Shown here in pieces: positions 27,013 through 37,516 of a stretch of DNA of 64,000 nt. Position numbers and translations under genes: made by a program. The stretch comes from a virus (lineage: Duplodnaviria; Heunggongvirae; Uroviricota; Caudoviricetes). The stretch lies in IMG/VR virus record IMGVR_UViG_3300025944_000008; one strand, given 5' to 3'. Under the pieces are notes generated by a model. That model saw only the letters and a program-made list of their open reading frames with translations. It was not told where the DNA came from and did not search any database. The stretch's first letter is position 1. Every line of letters begins with the position of its first letter.

Positions 27013-28209
27013 ATGCATCACGGACTACCCACTCTCGAGCTCACGAAGCCGGACGGATCCTTGCTCACCCGAATCGAAGCAGAGAAGCACGTGCGCGACG
27101 TTTGTAAGACGTCACACGTGCAACGTCGATTCGCGTGGGGGCAGCTTGGTCTGGACTACCAGTTCGTGTGGATGATGAAGCCCATCACCGTCACGCACTG
27201 GATCTTGGACGAGCTGATCCGCAAGAAGCAGATTGCCGGCGACCTGCTAGGGATCCAGCCGGAGCTCGACACCGACGACTCGTACTTCAACTCGTTCATC
27301 CAAAGGCTCGCTGTGTTCGTCCAAGACGGCCGAGCACTGCAACCCAAAGAAGGAGAAGGAATCATCATGGCCGATTTCCAGCAGATGGGTCCCCCGAACG
27401 GTCAGCCCCCCGGCGCTCCCGGCTACAACCCGCCTCCGCCTCCGGCCGGGTTCGGTCCGCCGCCCCAGCCGCCCGGGTACGCCCCGCAGCAGCCGCCGCA
27501 GGGCTACGCTCCTCCTCAGCAGGGCTTTGCCCCGCCCCAGCAGGGGTTCGGGCCGCCCCCGATGCAGCCGCCGCCTCAGCAGTACCAGCAGCCCCAACAG
27601 CCCTCGTTCCCGCCGCAGGGCGCTCCCCCGCCGATCCCGCCCCCGCAGATGGCCCCGCCGTCCATGGGTGCTCCTCCGCCGGCGATGGGCGCGCCCCCGA
27701 CCATGGCGCCTCCTCCGATGGGTGCTCCGCCCCAGCAGCCGCAGATGGCCCCTCCCGGCCAGCCTCCGGCCCCGCCGGCGCAGGCTCCGAGCAATCGCCG
27801 TGGTCGCGGCAAGGCGGCGGAAGGCGCTCCGCCGCAGCCGGGCGTGCTCCCCGGACAGCAGGCGCTGCCCCTCGGCAACGCTCAGCAGCCGCAGGGGTTC
27901 GGCGCCCCGCCGGCGATGGCTGGCTTCGGGCCTCCGGCCATGGGTCAGCCGCAACAGCAGCAGGGTGGTGGTGACACCGCGGCTCTCCAGGCTCAGATCA
28001 ACGAGCTGAAGGGCCTGGTCGCCGCCCAGAGCCGACAGCTCGAGGGCCTTCTCTCGATGGTGGGCCAGGTTCTCCATCTGAGCAAGGGCACGGACGCGGC
28101 GGTGTCGTGCATGATCCGCCCGTACTACGAGAAGCAGTTGCCCCAGCAGCCCCAGCAACTCGGGACCGAGGCGACGTTCAAGGAGATCGGCCTCCCGTAC
28201 CCTTCGTAG
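27013..28209 (+). CDS. P/Q-rich low-complexity protein, 398 aa (possible internal start at 27367)
   Basis: AAGGGGGAG RBS before the ATG at 27013. The central 220 aa are PPQ/PQQ/GAPP repeats. A second SD (AGGAGAAGGAA) precedes the in-frame ATG at 27367. Confidence 0.55.
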   Translation: MHHGLPTLELTKPDGSLLTRIEAEKHVRDVCKTSHVQRRFAWGQLGLDYQFVWMMKPITVTHWILDELIRKKQIAGDLLGIQPELDTDDSYFNSFIQRLAVFVQDGRALQPKEGEGIIMADFQQMGPPNGQPPGAPGYNPPPPPAGFGPPPQPPGYAPQQPPQGYAPPQQGFAPPQQGFGPPPMQPPPQQYQQPQQPSFPPQGAPPPIPPPQMAPPSMGAPPPAMGAPPTMAPPPMGAPPQQPQMAPPGQPPAPPAQAPSNRRGRGKAAEGAPPQPGVLPGQQALPLGNAQQPQGFGAPPAMAGFGPPAMGQPQQQQGGGDTAALQAQINELKGLVAAQSRQLEGLLSMVGQVLHLSKGTDAAVSCMIRPYYEKQLPQQPQQLGTEATFKEIGLPYPS

Positions 28210-28253
28210 CGCCGCCAGAGCCCGAGAAGCCGGTACAGGTCAGCAACTATCCT

Positions 28254-28481
28254 GTGCCGGCCGACCAGGTTGCTCTACCGCGGCGCCCTAATACGGAGGA
28301 GCCGGAAGACTTCACCGAGATCACCAGCGAGCAGCTTCTCTCGATGAGCGACCAGGAGCTCTACGGACTGCTCACCCAGCTCGGCATCACCCTTCCAGTA
28401 GTGAATGGGGTACCGGCCTGGTCGAGAGACAAGATGCTCGACGTGATCATGAAGGTCGCGATCTCAGCGAGAGATGGTTAG
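28254..28481 (+). CDS. Hypothetical protein with uncertain start (track ORF 28107..28481 begins at a GTG inside the previous gene)
   Basis: Open frame to 28481 with coding-like C-terminus (…ITSEQLLSMSDQELYGLLTQLGITLP…). No ATG with RBS. Candidate GTG at 28254. Confidence 0.3.
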   Translation: MPADQVALPRRPNTEEPEDFTEITSEQLLSMSDQELYGLLTQLGITLPVVNGVPAWSRDKMLDVIMKVAISARDG

Positions 28482-29050
28482 GCTGCCGTCGCCCGCTGCA
28501 GCAAGTAGCCAAGCGTTCCAGTAGCCGCAGCAGCAATTGGAGTCTGGAGGTAGGTGGAGAAGGCCGAGCGCAAGTTCGTCCGGTACTTCTCCACCTCCTC
28601 CGGCTTCGCCTTCACCTTCTCCAAGACCTTGTGGCCCGTGTTGGTCGCCAGAGCCTCTGCCAAGAGGATCGGCGCCACCGCGGCTGCAGGGATGATCAGA
28701 GGCCACTTCTTTCCTTTAGCTACTGCCATGCCTGCAACGAGGCCAGCAGCAGGAGCGAGTTGGAAAGCAAGGCGAGCCGGAACACTCTGGATGAGCTTTC
28801 CCCAGATCTTCTGATGATTCTTGGCGTGCCCAACCTCATGAGCGAGGGCGTCGAACTTCTTGTCCGAGACGCCGATGTGACCTTCACCTGATGGGTCGAA
28901 GTAGCCACCGCCGTACTCAGCGGCCTCATCCAGCCTCTTCACCTCGACCGGAGACTGTTTCTTGACGCGCTGGTAGAGCTCTCGTTCGCTCTTCGTCTCG
29001 GCGATTTTGAGCAGCTCCACACCGAAGCTATGAAGAGTTGTGAAGTCCAT
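28478..29050 (-). CDS. HExxH zinc-metalloprotease-like membrane protein (M48/HtpX-like motif), 190 aa
   Basis: ALAHEVGHAKNHQ (compare HtpX HELGH…N), followed by three hydrophobic segments. Last gene of the minus-strand late operon. Its stop overlaps the stop of the convergent plus gene. Confidence 0.55.
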   Translation of the reverse strand: MDFTTLHSFGVELLKIAETKSERELYQRVKKQSPVEVKRLDEAAEYGGGYFDPSGEGHIGVSDKKFDALAHEVGHAKNHQKIWGKLIQSVPARLAFQLAPAAGLVAGMAVAKGKKWPLIIPAAAVAPILLAEALATNTGHKVLEKVKAKPEEVEKYRTNLRSAFSTYLQTPIAAAATGTLGYLLQRATAA

Positions 29051-32000
29051 CAGCCGTTGATGCTGTCATCAAGGTAGTTGTATGAGAAGCGCATCGGTCC
29101 GAGGTTGATATTACCGGTTCCACTGGAGCGCGATAGATTGATGAGAATCTCGTTCACCACGTTGTCGTTGTCCGGCATATAGATGAACGCGCCCGGATTA
29201 TTGATGATTTCGACGGCAAGAGAACCACCAATGTAGACACGGATTGTCGCCGCACCGTTTGCCGTCCCGATGGCTGTAGCACTGCCGTGGTACTCAAACT
29301 GGACCTTCGTCCAGGCACTGTTCGTAAGTGCTGAGCCGAAACTCGCAATGTTGTTGTGAGAGACGTCTCGCGACGAGAACACCTGCCATCCGGTTCCACC
29401 GATGGAGCCGGAGTTGTAGCCGAGGATGATCTTTCCTCCTCCGGTATTGTCGTCCATGATCATCTCGAAATGACCGTTCACCTGATCGGTCATCATGATG
29501 TGGAACGGGATGATCAGATCGAGATACGAGTTCCAGCCCCAGCCCCAGCCATTATTCAGCATGGCGAGCGGAGTGCCAGCAACCTGCAGCCAAGACGTGC
29601 TTGGCTGACCGGCCGTAGTCAGGTTACCCGATGTCGGGCTGACGCGCGGGTATGCCCCGGTCGAAAGCCAGCGCTTGACTAGGACAGGATCCCAGTACTC
29701 GGCGATATCGAACGTGTAGCCGGTCGGATAGCCGTGCGCTCCAAGCGCAAAGCGATTCTTGCCTCCAGCGTTCTGTGCTCGGAACAGAGGTGTGAGATCG
29801 CTCTTCAGCGACTTCACCAACTGGTTGCCAGTAGACAAATCTCGGCTGTCGACGATGGACCAGTTGGCCTCGGTCCAAGGGGATGAGCCCGCCGCCTTGA
29901 AGCCAACTCTCTCCGTGCTGCCGAACTGGTAAAAGTACGAAGCGAGCGCCGCGTTGTCCTGGTTCCAGTTCGTACCGTCCCACCGAGCGTTGATGACGTG
30001 CCGACGCTCGAGGTTCGTATCGCCAGAATAGATGCGCGACTTGGCACCGCCAACGGCAGGATCCCACTCCTCGAGAAGCGTGACTAGGAGGGATGAACCC
30101 TCTCCGGCACCATACGTGGGGCCCGAGATTCTTGCGGTACGCGCCCCGCTCGCTCCAGTAAGAGAGAGTCCCAAGTTGACGAGCGAATGCGGAAGATCGA
30201 GACCTGTCGGGTTGATCAGGAAGTTGTAGCCCGTCCAACCACCACCGACGAGGGAGTCGTTCCACGTCGTTCCACCGGTGTTGTAGAAGAACTGGACCTG
30301 GCTGCCGATGAGCTTGATCGCCGATCCGCCATTGCCTGGCGTATCTGCCGTCCAAACTCCGCCGCCGCCCGTCGACCAAGAGCAGTTCGCAGAAATTACA
30401 ATGCCACTGCTCGAGCGGTTGTAGACCCTGATGCTGCCGCCGACGTTGTCATTGACCTTCGACAGGAGCTGGTCATTGATGCCGTCGAAGAACAGAAGTG
30501 GCGTATTCGGGGTTCCGACCGAAATTAGGGAGACGATTCCCTTGATGGTGTACCCGATATTCGCGTCGAATTGGGAGAGAGCGATCTCATCCCAAGAGCT
30601 GTCGTTCCACGTGCCACCTGCGGTGCTTCGGCCGCGGCACTCGAATCCAGACAGGCCAGCGGCAACTCCGATTGTGAATTTCGTCGACCGGGCACTACCG
30701 CTGTCCTTGCTCCACGTTTGCGACGTCCAATCCCAGACAGCGTTGGTAGTAAATACATACGCAGTGGCCTGAGCGTTGACGTACAGTCGAGTCTTGCCTA
30801 CCGAGCCGACCGTGTTGGACTCAAACAAAAGGCTAAGACGGATCGCACCGCTCCCCTCATTTGTCGGAGGAAGCTCGAAGCGAGGTGTCGCACCGCCCGT
30901 TGTAGAGCTCAATGACGCTGCGCTGATGATGAATGGAATCTCTGGCCAGGCGTCGGAAGTGATGAGCGAGTTGTCCGATGCCGTCTGCTGGAAGTATTTT
31001 ATGCCAGCAGGATTCATATCCATTCTGCTGGCGGCCGTGCCGTTGACGTCCTTGGTCCAGACGTCGGTAGAGCGGTTGTGCTTCGAGTTGGTCGTGATCG
31101 TGATGCCACCCGTTGTGCGATTGAAGTACACGCGCATCGGATAGTTGGCGCCAAACAGGTCGACACCGTCCGTCTCGATCATCAAGACGAAGAACGGGTC
31201 ATCGTTGCCCGTGACTGGAGCAAGCACGCGGGAGGCGAGCGCGAAGCCCCCATTCAGAGGAAGGGTTGGAAGCGTGATTCCAGCGTCAAACTGATTCCTC
31301 TGGGTGAACTCGTTCGCCAGATTCTTGAAGGCGATCTGCGGGTCGTGAGAGCTGTTGGGGTTCTCGAGGAAGCCATTCGAGATGACTTCGCGCAGGGTCG
31401 TCGCAATGGGGAGACGAACCCACGCATTCGTGCCGCCAGTGAGCACACCAAGGCCGATCCAGATGCGAAAGCTATCCGCCGTAGTCGCGGTCTTCCCGCC
31501 AAGTGGGAAGCCCCAGCCGATGTAGACTGAAATGTTGCCGTAGACTTCACCAGGATTGATGCTCTGGTTCAGTGCCGGAGGGGCGTCATTCGCCGGGTCG
31601 ATCTTTGACTCGGTGTAGCCCAAAGGCCGCACCTCGATCTCAGTCTCAGATGCGACGTTGATGACAACGAATTCACCATTATGGTTGAGTGGCGAGTTGT
31701 TGTTGGCACCAGAGATCAGGATATGGTCGCCAGGCTGAATCCGGTTCGTCTGAAAGGTCGCTCCTGAGGCAATGAGCGTCGATCCCTGGATACTGGTGAT
31801 TGCCGTCGAGGCTTGTTTCAGAGACTGCGCCGCAGCAGTTGTGTCCGGCCGAATGCCACTGCCGGTGCTTCCCCAGGTGATAGGACCGCTGATCGGAGCG
31901 AAACCGTTGCCACCGTACGAGACCCCAAGCGGGACGACCTTGCTCGTCGTGCCGAGGTTCGTGACGTAGTACGTCTGTCGAGAGGAGTTCTGAATCTCGA

Positions 32001-32736
32001 TGATGTCGGCGTAGCTGTACCCGTCCGCGATGGCCTGAGCGATGGCGCCGGTGTGGACGCGAAGATTGGCGATGGTGGGATCCGAGTTCACGTTCGTCGG
32101 AGCGAGCATTCCGCTGAAGCTGTCTTCCGTGAACTCGATCGTCCTCCAGCACGCAACTTCGCGGTCCAGCGCCGACAGAATCTGGTCCACGCCCTGAAGA
32201 GAGCCGACGATTGCCCGATTCACTGCGGCCGTCGACAGGTTCTCATCGTGGGTCAGGAGCTCAGTCGTCTGCGGATTGGCCTGCGTCTTATCGCCAGGAG
32301 CCGGCTGGAGGTCGCCTGCTCGCGACATGCCGCCTGGAGACGGAAACACGGGCATCCCGAAGATGGGAGCCGCCGTGCCTCCAGTGATTTTGATGTAGTT
32401 CTTCGCCCCTGAGTGCAGATCTTGGATGCAGGGGAAGCCATCCGACTCGAGCCACTTCAGGTGGGTCGGAGACGCTGCATTCACCGTCGTGACGGTATTC
32501 GAATAGAAGTTGCTGGTGAAGTTGATAGTGACGGTGGCGAGGATACCACCATCAATTGTACCAACCTCGACGACCAGCGAGGTGCCGTTCAGCCCACTCC
32601 AGAACGGCTGGGCGTGGCTGCCGTCTGGGTCGCTCCTTCGCACACTGCCGCGAATCTGCGGATTGGACAGCCGCGGGACAGAGGCATTGCCATTGAGGCT
32701 GCCGCGGGCGAAACGAGGATCGACGTTGGTCGCCAT
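29050..32736 (-). CDS. Tail fibre / receptor-binding-type structural protein, 1228 aa
   Basis: Very long beta-rich Gly/Thr/Ser/Asn-rich ORF; distal position in the structural operon. Confidence 0.65.
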   Translation of the reverse strand: MATNVDPRFARGSLNGNASVPRLSNPQIRGSVRRSDPDGSHAQPFWSGLNGTSLVVEVGTIDGGILATVTINFTSNFYSNTVTTVNAASPTHLKWLESDGFPCIQDLHSGAKNYIKITGGTAAPIFGMPVFPSPGGMSRAGDLQPAPGDKTQANPQTTELLTHDENLSTAAVNRAIVGSLQGVDQILSALDREVACWRTIEFTEDSFSGMLAPTNVNSDPTIANLRVHTGAIAQAIADGYSYADIIEIQNSSRQTYYVTNLGTTSKVVPLGVSYGGNGFAPISGPITWGSTGSGIRPDTTAAAQSLKQASTAITSIQGSTLIASGATFQTNRIQPGDHILISGANNNSPLNHNGEFVVINVASETEIEVRPLGYTESKIDPANDAPPALNQSINPGEVYGNISVYIGWGFPLGGKTATTADSFRIWIGLGVLTGGTNAWVRLPIATTLREVISNGFLENPNSSHDPQIAFKNLANEFTQRNQFDAGITLPTLPLNGGFALASRVLAPVTGNDDPFFVLMIETDGVDLFGANYPMRVYFNRTTGGITITTNSKHNRSTDVWTKDVNGTAASRMDMNPAGIKYFQQTASDNSLITSDAWPEIPFIISAASLSSTTGGATPRFELPPTNEGSGAIRLSLLFESNTVGSVGKTRLYVNAQATAYVFTTNAVWDWTSQTWSKDSGSARSTKFTIGVAAGLSGFECRGRSTAGGTWNDSSWDEIALSQFDANIGYTIKGIVSLISVGTPNTPLLFFDGINDQLLSKVNDNVGGSIRVYNRSSSGIVISANCSWSTGGGGVWTADTPGNGGSAIKLIGSQVQFFYNTGGTTWNDSLVGGGWTGYNFLINPTGLDLPHSLVNLGLSLTGASGARTARISGPTYGAGEGSSLLVTLLEEWDPAVGGAKSRIYSGDTNLERRHVINARWDGTNWNQDNAALASYFYQFGSTERVGFKAAGSSPWTEANWSIVDSRDLSTGNQLVKSLKSDLTPLFRAQNAGGKNRFALGAHGYPTGYTFDIAEYWDPVLVKRWLSTGAYPRVSPTSGNLTTAGQPSTSWLQVAGTPLAMLNNGWGWGWNSYLDLIIPFHIMMTDQVNGHFEMIMDDNTGGGKIILGYNSGSIGGTGWQVFSSRDVSHNNIASFGSALTNSAWTKVQFEYHGSATAIGTANGAATIRVYIGGSLAVEIINNPGAFIYMPDNDNVVNEILINLSRSSGTGNINLGPMRFSYNYLDDSING

Positions 32737-32744
32737 TACTTCTC

Positions 32745-33503
32745 CTAGAAGCGGATCTGCCAGCTCACATCGAGAACGAAGTTCTGCGTCTTCCTCAGCG
32801 GCTCGAATGCCTTGTACGCGTCCGGCGCTTGGGCAGAGGCATTTGCGAGAGTAACATCTCGCGTCCTCGGTGCGTAGTTCGCCGTCGGGGATCCGTCTGT
32901 GAAGAGGCCCGCCTCGGTGAGCGTGACAGTCCCGCCAAACGAGAGCTCCAACTCCGTATAGGTACGGCTGTATTGGACGGTGGTCCGGGTTGGTGCTAGC
33001 GGGTAGGTCGGCAGGGAGATCGACGCCAGGAAGTTACCGCCGCCATCGAATGCGATCGGGTTGACGAGCGCCGAGACTGAGCTCACTTCCGGCTGCGTTC
33101 CCGTCCCGAAGCCAAAGTAGCGAATGCGATCGTCGCGTGCCGGCGTATCCGGGTTCGAGCTTCCACCGGCGTGTGCTGAGGTGCCGTAGGCCGAGTAGCT
33201 CATGAGCTGAGCCAGGTACTCACGGCCGGTCAGAGTCCAGATGTTCTTGCCCTCCCGCCTCGTACCATAGACGAGCTTTCCACGCTCTCGGCACACGGCG
33301 GAAAAGAAGCCCTCGACCTGGACGAGCTCCTTTTCTGGGGCGCAGATAACGGTCTTCGCCGGCTCTCGAGTACCTCTCGAGGTGTCGAAGAATCCAAAGT
33401 TGAGTTGGTCGGTCACCCTCACCAGGTCGTGACCGCCGTGCCTCACTCTATCGCTCATTGGAGCTCCTGCGCTGGACGCCGTAGAGAATGCCCGGGGCGG
33501 CAT
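32745..33503 (-). CDS. Virion structural protein, 252 aa
   Basis: ORF in the late operon; overlaps the upstream gene by 56 nt. Confidence 0.5.
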   Translation of the reverse strand: MPPRAFSTASSAGAPMSDRVRHGGHDLVRVTDQLNFGFFDTSRGTREPAKTVICAPEKELVQVEGFFSAVCRERGKLVYGTRREGKNIWTLTGREYLAQLMSYSAYGTSAHAGGSSNPDTPARDDRIRYFGFGTGTQPEVSSVSALVNPIAFDGGGNFLASISLPTYPLAPTRTTVQYSRTYTELELSFGGTVTLTEAGLFTDGSPTANYAPRTRDVTLANASAQAPDAYKAFEPLRKTQNFVLDVSWQIRF

Positions 33504-36500
33504 TGGTTACTGTGAGTGGCTGAGTAAGAACAAGACTCGTCGTTGAGACGGCAAGGATAGGGAAGATGCCCGCCCCGTAGCCAATGTCTCGAGTCGCATC
33601 TGCTCCCTCGAGCACGATCAGATAGTCTCCACCACGGACCCCAAGGTCCGCATCGAAGTCGGTGCCGGAGACAGTAGAAACAGTTGCAGAGGCATTCGTT
33701 GTAGTGAGATCCGGCCCAGAGCCACCGCTCGCGACGGACCTTCTTCTGATGCCCAAGAATAGAGAATCGCTGGGCATCCGGTCAAGGACGTCCAGCGAGA
33801 TGGTGTCTTCTGTACGGTCCTGCCGCTCGAGCCGCCCGATGATGGATGTCGAGGCAAGGGCTGGCTGGACATACACATTCTTGTTGTCCGGGTCGAAGTC
33901 TACAACGACGTACTCCATGGAGTCGGCGACGTTCACGATGACATCGTCCGGCTGCATGAAGAGCACAGAGTCGAGCTCGCTCGTGCCGTTTAGAGTGAAG
34001 ACGTTCTGCCCGATGACGCCGGTGCCATTGACCATCGCGTCGGGATTCGCACTGCCATAGTGCTGGTTGATGAGCCCAGGCCTCATCACAGCTCCAGTGA
34101 ACGACCCAGAGATCGACTCGATGACGGCGGGCGAGAGCGTCATAGTCCTCGCCACCGGATCGACTGCGATGATGGTGTACCGCCGGCTGTACGAGGTCGT
34201 TCCGTTCCTGAAGACGAACCAGTCGCCCGTCGAGACGTCCGCCGTGAAGATCGGGTCTGTGGTAACCGCAACCGTGGTGCTGTTGAAGGTGATGGGCATG
34301 CTGCGAATGACGCGGCAGTCCACATACCGGTAGATGGCGAACTCTTGACCCGTCAACGTCTGCACTTCGAACGTGTCGCCGTCGAAGTCGTTATTCTGGA
34401 CGAGAATGGCCGTGTCGCTCGTTGCGCTGCTGACAATGTACCTACCCTCGTTGGGGCCAGAGAGGATCTGGAGCACTGTCTCGAAATGGGCGTTCGGCGG
34501 AATCCAGTTTGTCTCGTGATTCGTGAATGGAAGAGTGGAGGCGAAGCCGCCAGTTGGTGAGACGAAGCTCTTGCTGCCCTGCGTAGTCTGCAGGTCCGTC
34601 CCATACATCAAATAGGCGAACATGTCGCCTTCGGCACTCAGGTACGTTCCGTCGACGCTCTGCGGATCGAACGCAACCGAGATGGGAAGGTTCTGACTTG
34701 CATTGTCGTGCAAGAAGACTGTGCCCGTGAAGAGCATCGAGTCTTCGACCTCAACTGTGTCTTCCAGAGCCTTCGAGAGTGCTAGAGCCAATTTGGTGTA
34801 CGTCGGCTTGGCTCTCCTAATGAACTGCGCCACCAAGTCCGTATCGATAGCAGTAGTGATGTCGGCGTTCACGATGAGCTGGAACGAGTGGTAACGCTGA
34901 ATCGCGAACGCAGTGTTGCCCTGATTCAGAGCCTGGGTGAGCAGGTCCGGCGTTGTGAGATAGTCCTGAACCTGGGTGCCCTTCGACAACGCCGCGAATC
35001 GATCCACATGGTCGCCGACGGTGTACTCTGCACCAGTCGCAGGATTGATAGCGATGCCGGAGAGCTCCGGGTCCGCTGGCAGCCACTTCCCTGGATTGGC
35101 AGGATCTGGGATCTGTCGACCTTGCGGGTAGAAGTAGATATTCGTGATTCCCAACGGCGTGCCGTGGACATCTTCAGCGGCGATGAGAATACGACCCTCG
35201 AGAGGTGACCCGTCCGCGTTCGTCTTGAAGGACGGGTCGATCTCGATGATGGTTCCGGCGTTGGTCGTGAACGGGAGCCCGAGCAAGATCTGCGATGCGA
35301 GCTGCAGGTTCGCCACCGTTGGTCCGTTCGTCAGAGCGTACATCAGACCAGCGACAGCATTCTTGTAGGAGATGGTCGCCCCGACTGAAGACAGGTCAGA
35401 ACGAAGAACACCGACGAGGACGCCGAAGTTGTTCTCGACCGAATCCTCGTTGTCGAAGAAGGTGACCTCCGCCCAAAGACGACTTGGCGCCGGCTTCGTC
35501 TTACTGAACGTCCCTTCGGTGAACCGGATGAAGGTTCCAGGAACAGCTCTGGAGATGACGAACGGTGCCACAGCCTCTGTGAACGCCGGCGTAGGAGCGA
35601 CTCGAAGAGTTTGTGGATCGATGACAGAGATGATCTGAAAAGCGTTCTGAACGACGCCATCTTCGATGTTGATGGTGTCGCCTTCTCGAATGTCTCGGTC
35701 GAACAGGTCACCAAACGGAACGGAGACCAGATCAGACCCACTCGTCACCGCACACGTACCAGTGACGTTGCTCTGATCGTCGATGATGTAGTCGGCGTTC
35801 TGGTAAACGACGATCGGAGGGTGGTCGAGCGGGAACAACTTGCTCTCGGACACCTGGAAGAGTTCTCCGTCCTGCTGCACCACCACAGGCTGCTTGATGT
35901 ACTCCTGAAGCGATGGGATTGACTTCACCGAGGCGTCGATGAGCACCTTGCTGTTCCTGATGACAGAGCGCGGCGTCAGGGTGACCGAGAATGGCCCCAG
36001 GTTGATGGAAATGACAGACGTGAGAGACGTCTCGTAGAACTGACGCTTGAAGGACGGACTCTGCACCAACGTCTTGATGATGAGGGCCTGGTCCGTATAC
36101 ACCAGGGAGTTGTCCACCGTCGAGACCATGAGTCCCGGAATCTGCAGGTCCATCGAGAGCTTGATCTGATCGTCGCGCGACAGCCCGCCAGCCGGAGTTC
36201 CATCCACGAGATCGAGCGTATTGAAGACGAAGCCGATCTTGCCCCTATCGACCGAAACGACTTGTAAATTCAGCGTCGACGAGAGCTGATTGTCGACTCT
36301 CGTGATTTGAACCACGAGAATGTCACCCGGGGACACTCCCTGCTCTTCGAAGTCGTACTGCGTCGACGTAAGCGTTGGGCTGAAGCGCCACGGTCTCGCA
36401 GAGAGGCGCGTTGGGACGAGATTCTGGTCTGCGAAGAAGGAGTTGTTGTTTGGGGTCTTCGGGAAGATCGAGTAATTCAGGCCCGTCTGGCTCGAGGGGA

Positions 36501-37515
36501 AGGAGACAGCCCCGCCGGTGAGCGTCTGGACATGGATAACAGAAGAGCTCGTGACCGTCGCAATCAAGTACGTTCCAGCCGACGCTCCGGTCAGGATCTT
36601 CAACAACATGCCGGCCATGCCGGCAGAGAAGGCGCTGCCTTGGAATGCGTCGCTCGAGCCAGACGTTGCCCCGTCCGTTCCAGTATTCACGGCTCTGGTA
36701 GCGACGCCGGAGCGAGCCATGGTGAAGGCGAGGTCGCCGAGCTGCAGGAGTCGGCCCGTGGCGATGGCGGAACCGTAGGACGTCAGGGCGAAGTTCCCCT
36801 CGCCGATCGGCACGGTGATGAGATTCGACAGCAGCGGCTGATTCGACTGCGCCCCGTTCGTCACCGTGTCGATGAGGAAGGTCGAGGCATTCAGACCTGC
36901 CTGGTCATCCGCCAGCACGAAGGACGACAGGGTGGGATCGAGCGAGATTGTCGGTTCGTAGGCAATCCACCTCTTCTGGATGACTTCTTGGATGTCCTGA
37001 ATGCTCTTGTTGTAGTCGTACTGCCAGAGCTTCAGTTGCTCGGCCGCGATGATCTGCACCGCGCTCGACCAGATGGTCTCGAACCGCTCCCGCTGCTCGA
37101 CGATTGTCCAGAAGTCTGAGAGAAAGTTCCAGACCCAAGACATATCCGGGACAATGCCGCGATTCTGGGGGACGAGGACCACCTTGGTGTTGACGTCGCT
37201 CGTCACCGGCGCCGAGTCGAAGCTGCCATCGTTCACGATGAGCTGAACGACGTAGAGGCCAATGATGTCCGGCGCAAAACTGACAACGGAGCTGTCTTCC
37301 TCGAGATCCTTGAAGCCGTCAACGAGGACCTGCGACCCGATCGGGACCTGCACGAAACTCCAACGATAGGTCAGATCAAGTCCGCTGGGGCTGAACGAGG
37401 AGCGGCCGTCCAGCCGCACAACCGCGCCGACAACGGTGTCTTGGGCACCGGGCGCGATGATGGCCGTCGGTAGTTGAGGGCTTTCTTCGGTTGTGTATGC
37501 GTAATCGATTGTCAC
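33448..37515 (-). CDS. Large virion (tail/baseplate-type) structural protein, 1355 aa
   Basis: Long beta-rich ORF with coding bias. Confidence 0.65.
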   Translation of the reverse strand: MTIDYAYTTEESPQLPTAIIAPGAQDTVVGAVVRLDGRSSFSPSGLDLTYRWSFVQVPIGSQVLVDGFKDLEEDSSVVSFAPDIIGLYVVQLIVNDGSFDSAPVTSDVNTKVVLVPQNRGIVPDMSWVWNFLSDFWTIVEQRERFETIWSSAVQIIAAEQLKLWQYDYNKSIQDIQEVIQKRWIAYEPTISLDPTLSSFVLADDQAGLNASTFLIDTVTNGAQSNQPLLSNLITVPIGEGNFALTSYGSAIATGRLLQLGDLAFTMARSGVATRAVNTGTDGATSGSSDAFQGSAFSAGMAGMLLKILTGASAGTYLIATVTSSSVIHVQTLTGGAVSFPSSQTGLNYSIFPKTPNNNSFFADQNLVPTRLSARPWRFSPTLTSTQYDFEEQGVSPGDILVVQITRVDNQLSSTLNLQVVSVDRGKIGFVFNTLDLVDGTPAGGLSRDDQIKLSMDLQIPGLMVSTVDNSLVYTDQALIIKTLVQSPSFKRQFYETSLTSVISINLGPFSVTLTPRSVIRNSKVLIDASVKSIPSLQEYIKQPVVVQQDGELFQVSESKLFPLDHPPIVVYQNADYIIDDQSNVTGTCAVTSGSDLVSVPFGDLFDRDIREGDTINIEDGVVQNAFQIISVIDPQTLRVAPTPAFTEAVAPFVISRAVPGTFIRFTEGTFSKTKPAPSRLWAEVTFFDNEDSVENNFGVLVGVLRSDLSSVGATISYKNAVAGLMYALTNGPTVANLQLASQILLGLPFTTNAGTIIEIDPSFKTNADGSPLEGRILIAAEDVHGTPLGITNIYFYPQGRQIPDPANPGKWLPADPELSGIAINPATGAEYTVGDHVDRFAALSKGTQVQDYLTTPDLLTQALNQGNTAFAIQRYHSFQLIVNADITTAIDTDLVAQFIRRAKPTYTKLALALSKALEDTVEVEDSMLFTGTVFLHDNASQNLPISVAFDPQSVDGTYLSAEGDMFAYLMYGTDLQTTQGSKSFVSPTGGFASTLPFTNHETNWIPPNAHFETVLQILSGPNEGRYIVSSATSDTAILVQNNDFDGDTFEVQTLTGQEFAIYRYVDCRVIRSMPITFNSTTVAVTTDPIFTADVSTGDWFVFRNGTTSYSRRYTIIAVDPVARTMTLSPAVIESISGSFTGAVMRPGLINQHYGSANPDAMVNGTGVIGQNVFTLNGTSELDSVLFMQPDDVIVNVADSMEYVVVDFDPDNKNVYVQPALASTSIIGRLERQDRTEDTISLDVLDRMPSDSLFLGIRRRSVASGGSGPDLTTTNASATVSTVSGTDFDADLGVRGGDYLIVLEGADATRDIGYGAGIFPILAVSTTSLVLTQPLTVTNAAPGILYGVQRRSSNER

Positions 37516-37516
37516 G

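Noticed and set aside
28107-28253. Long version of ORF 28107..28481 starting at a GTG inside the P/Q-rich gene, read as a -1 frameshift fusion
   Set aside because: There is no slippery heptamer in the 103-nt overlap and no RBS. It is more likely an artefact of longest-ORF calling, so only the distal part is kept, at low confidence.
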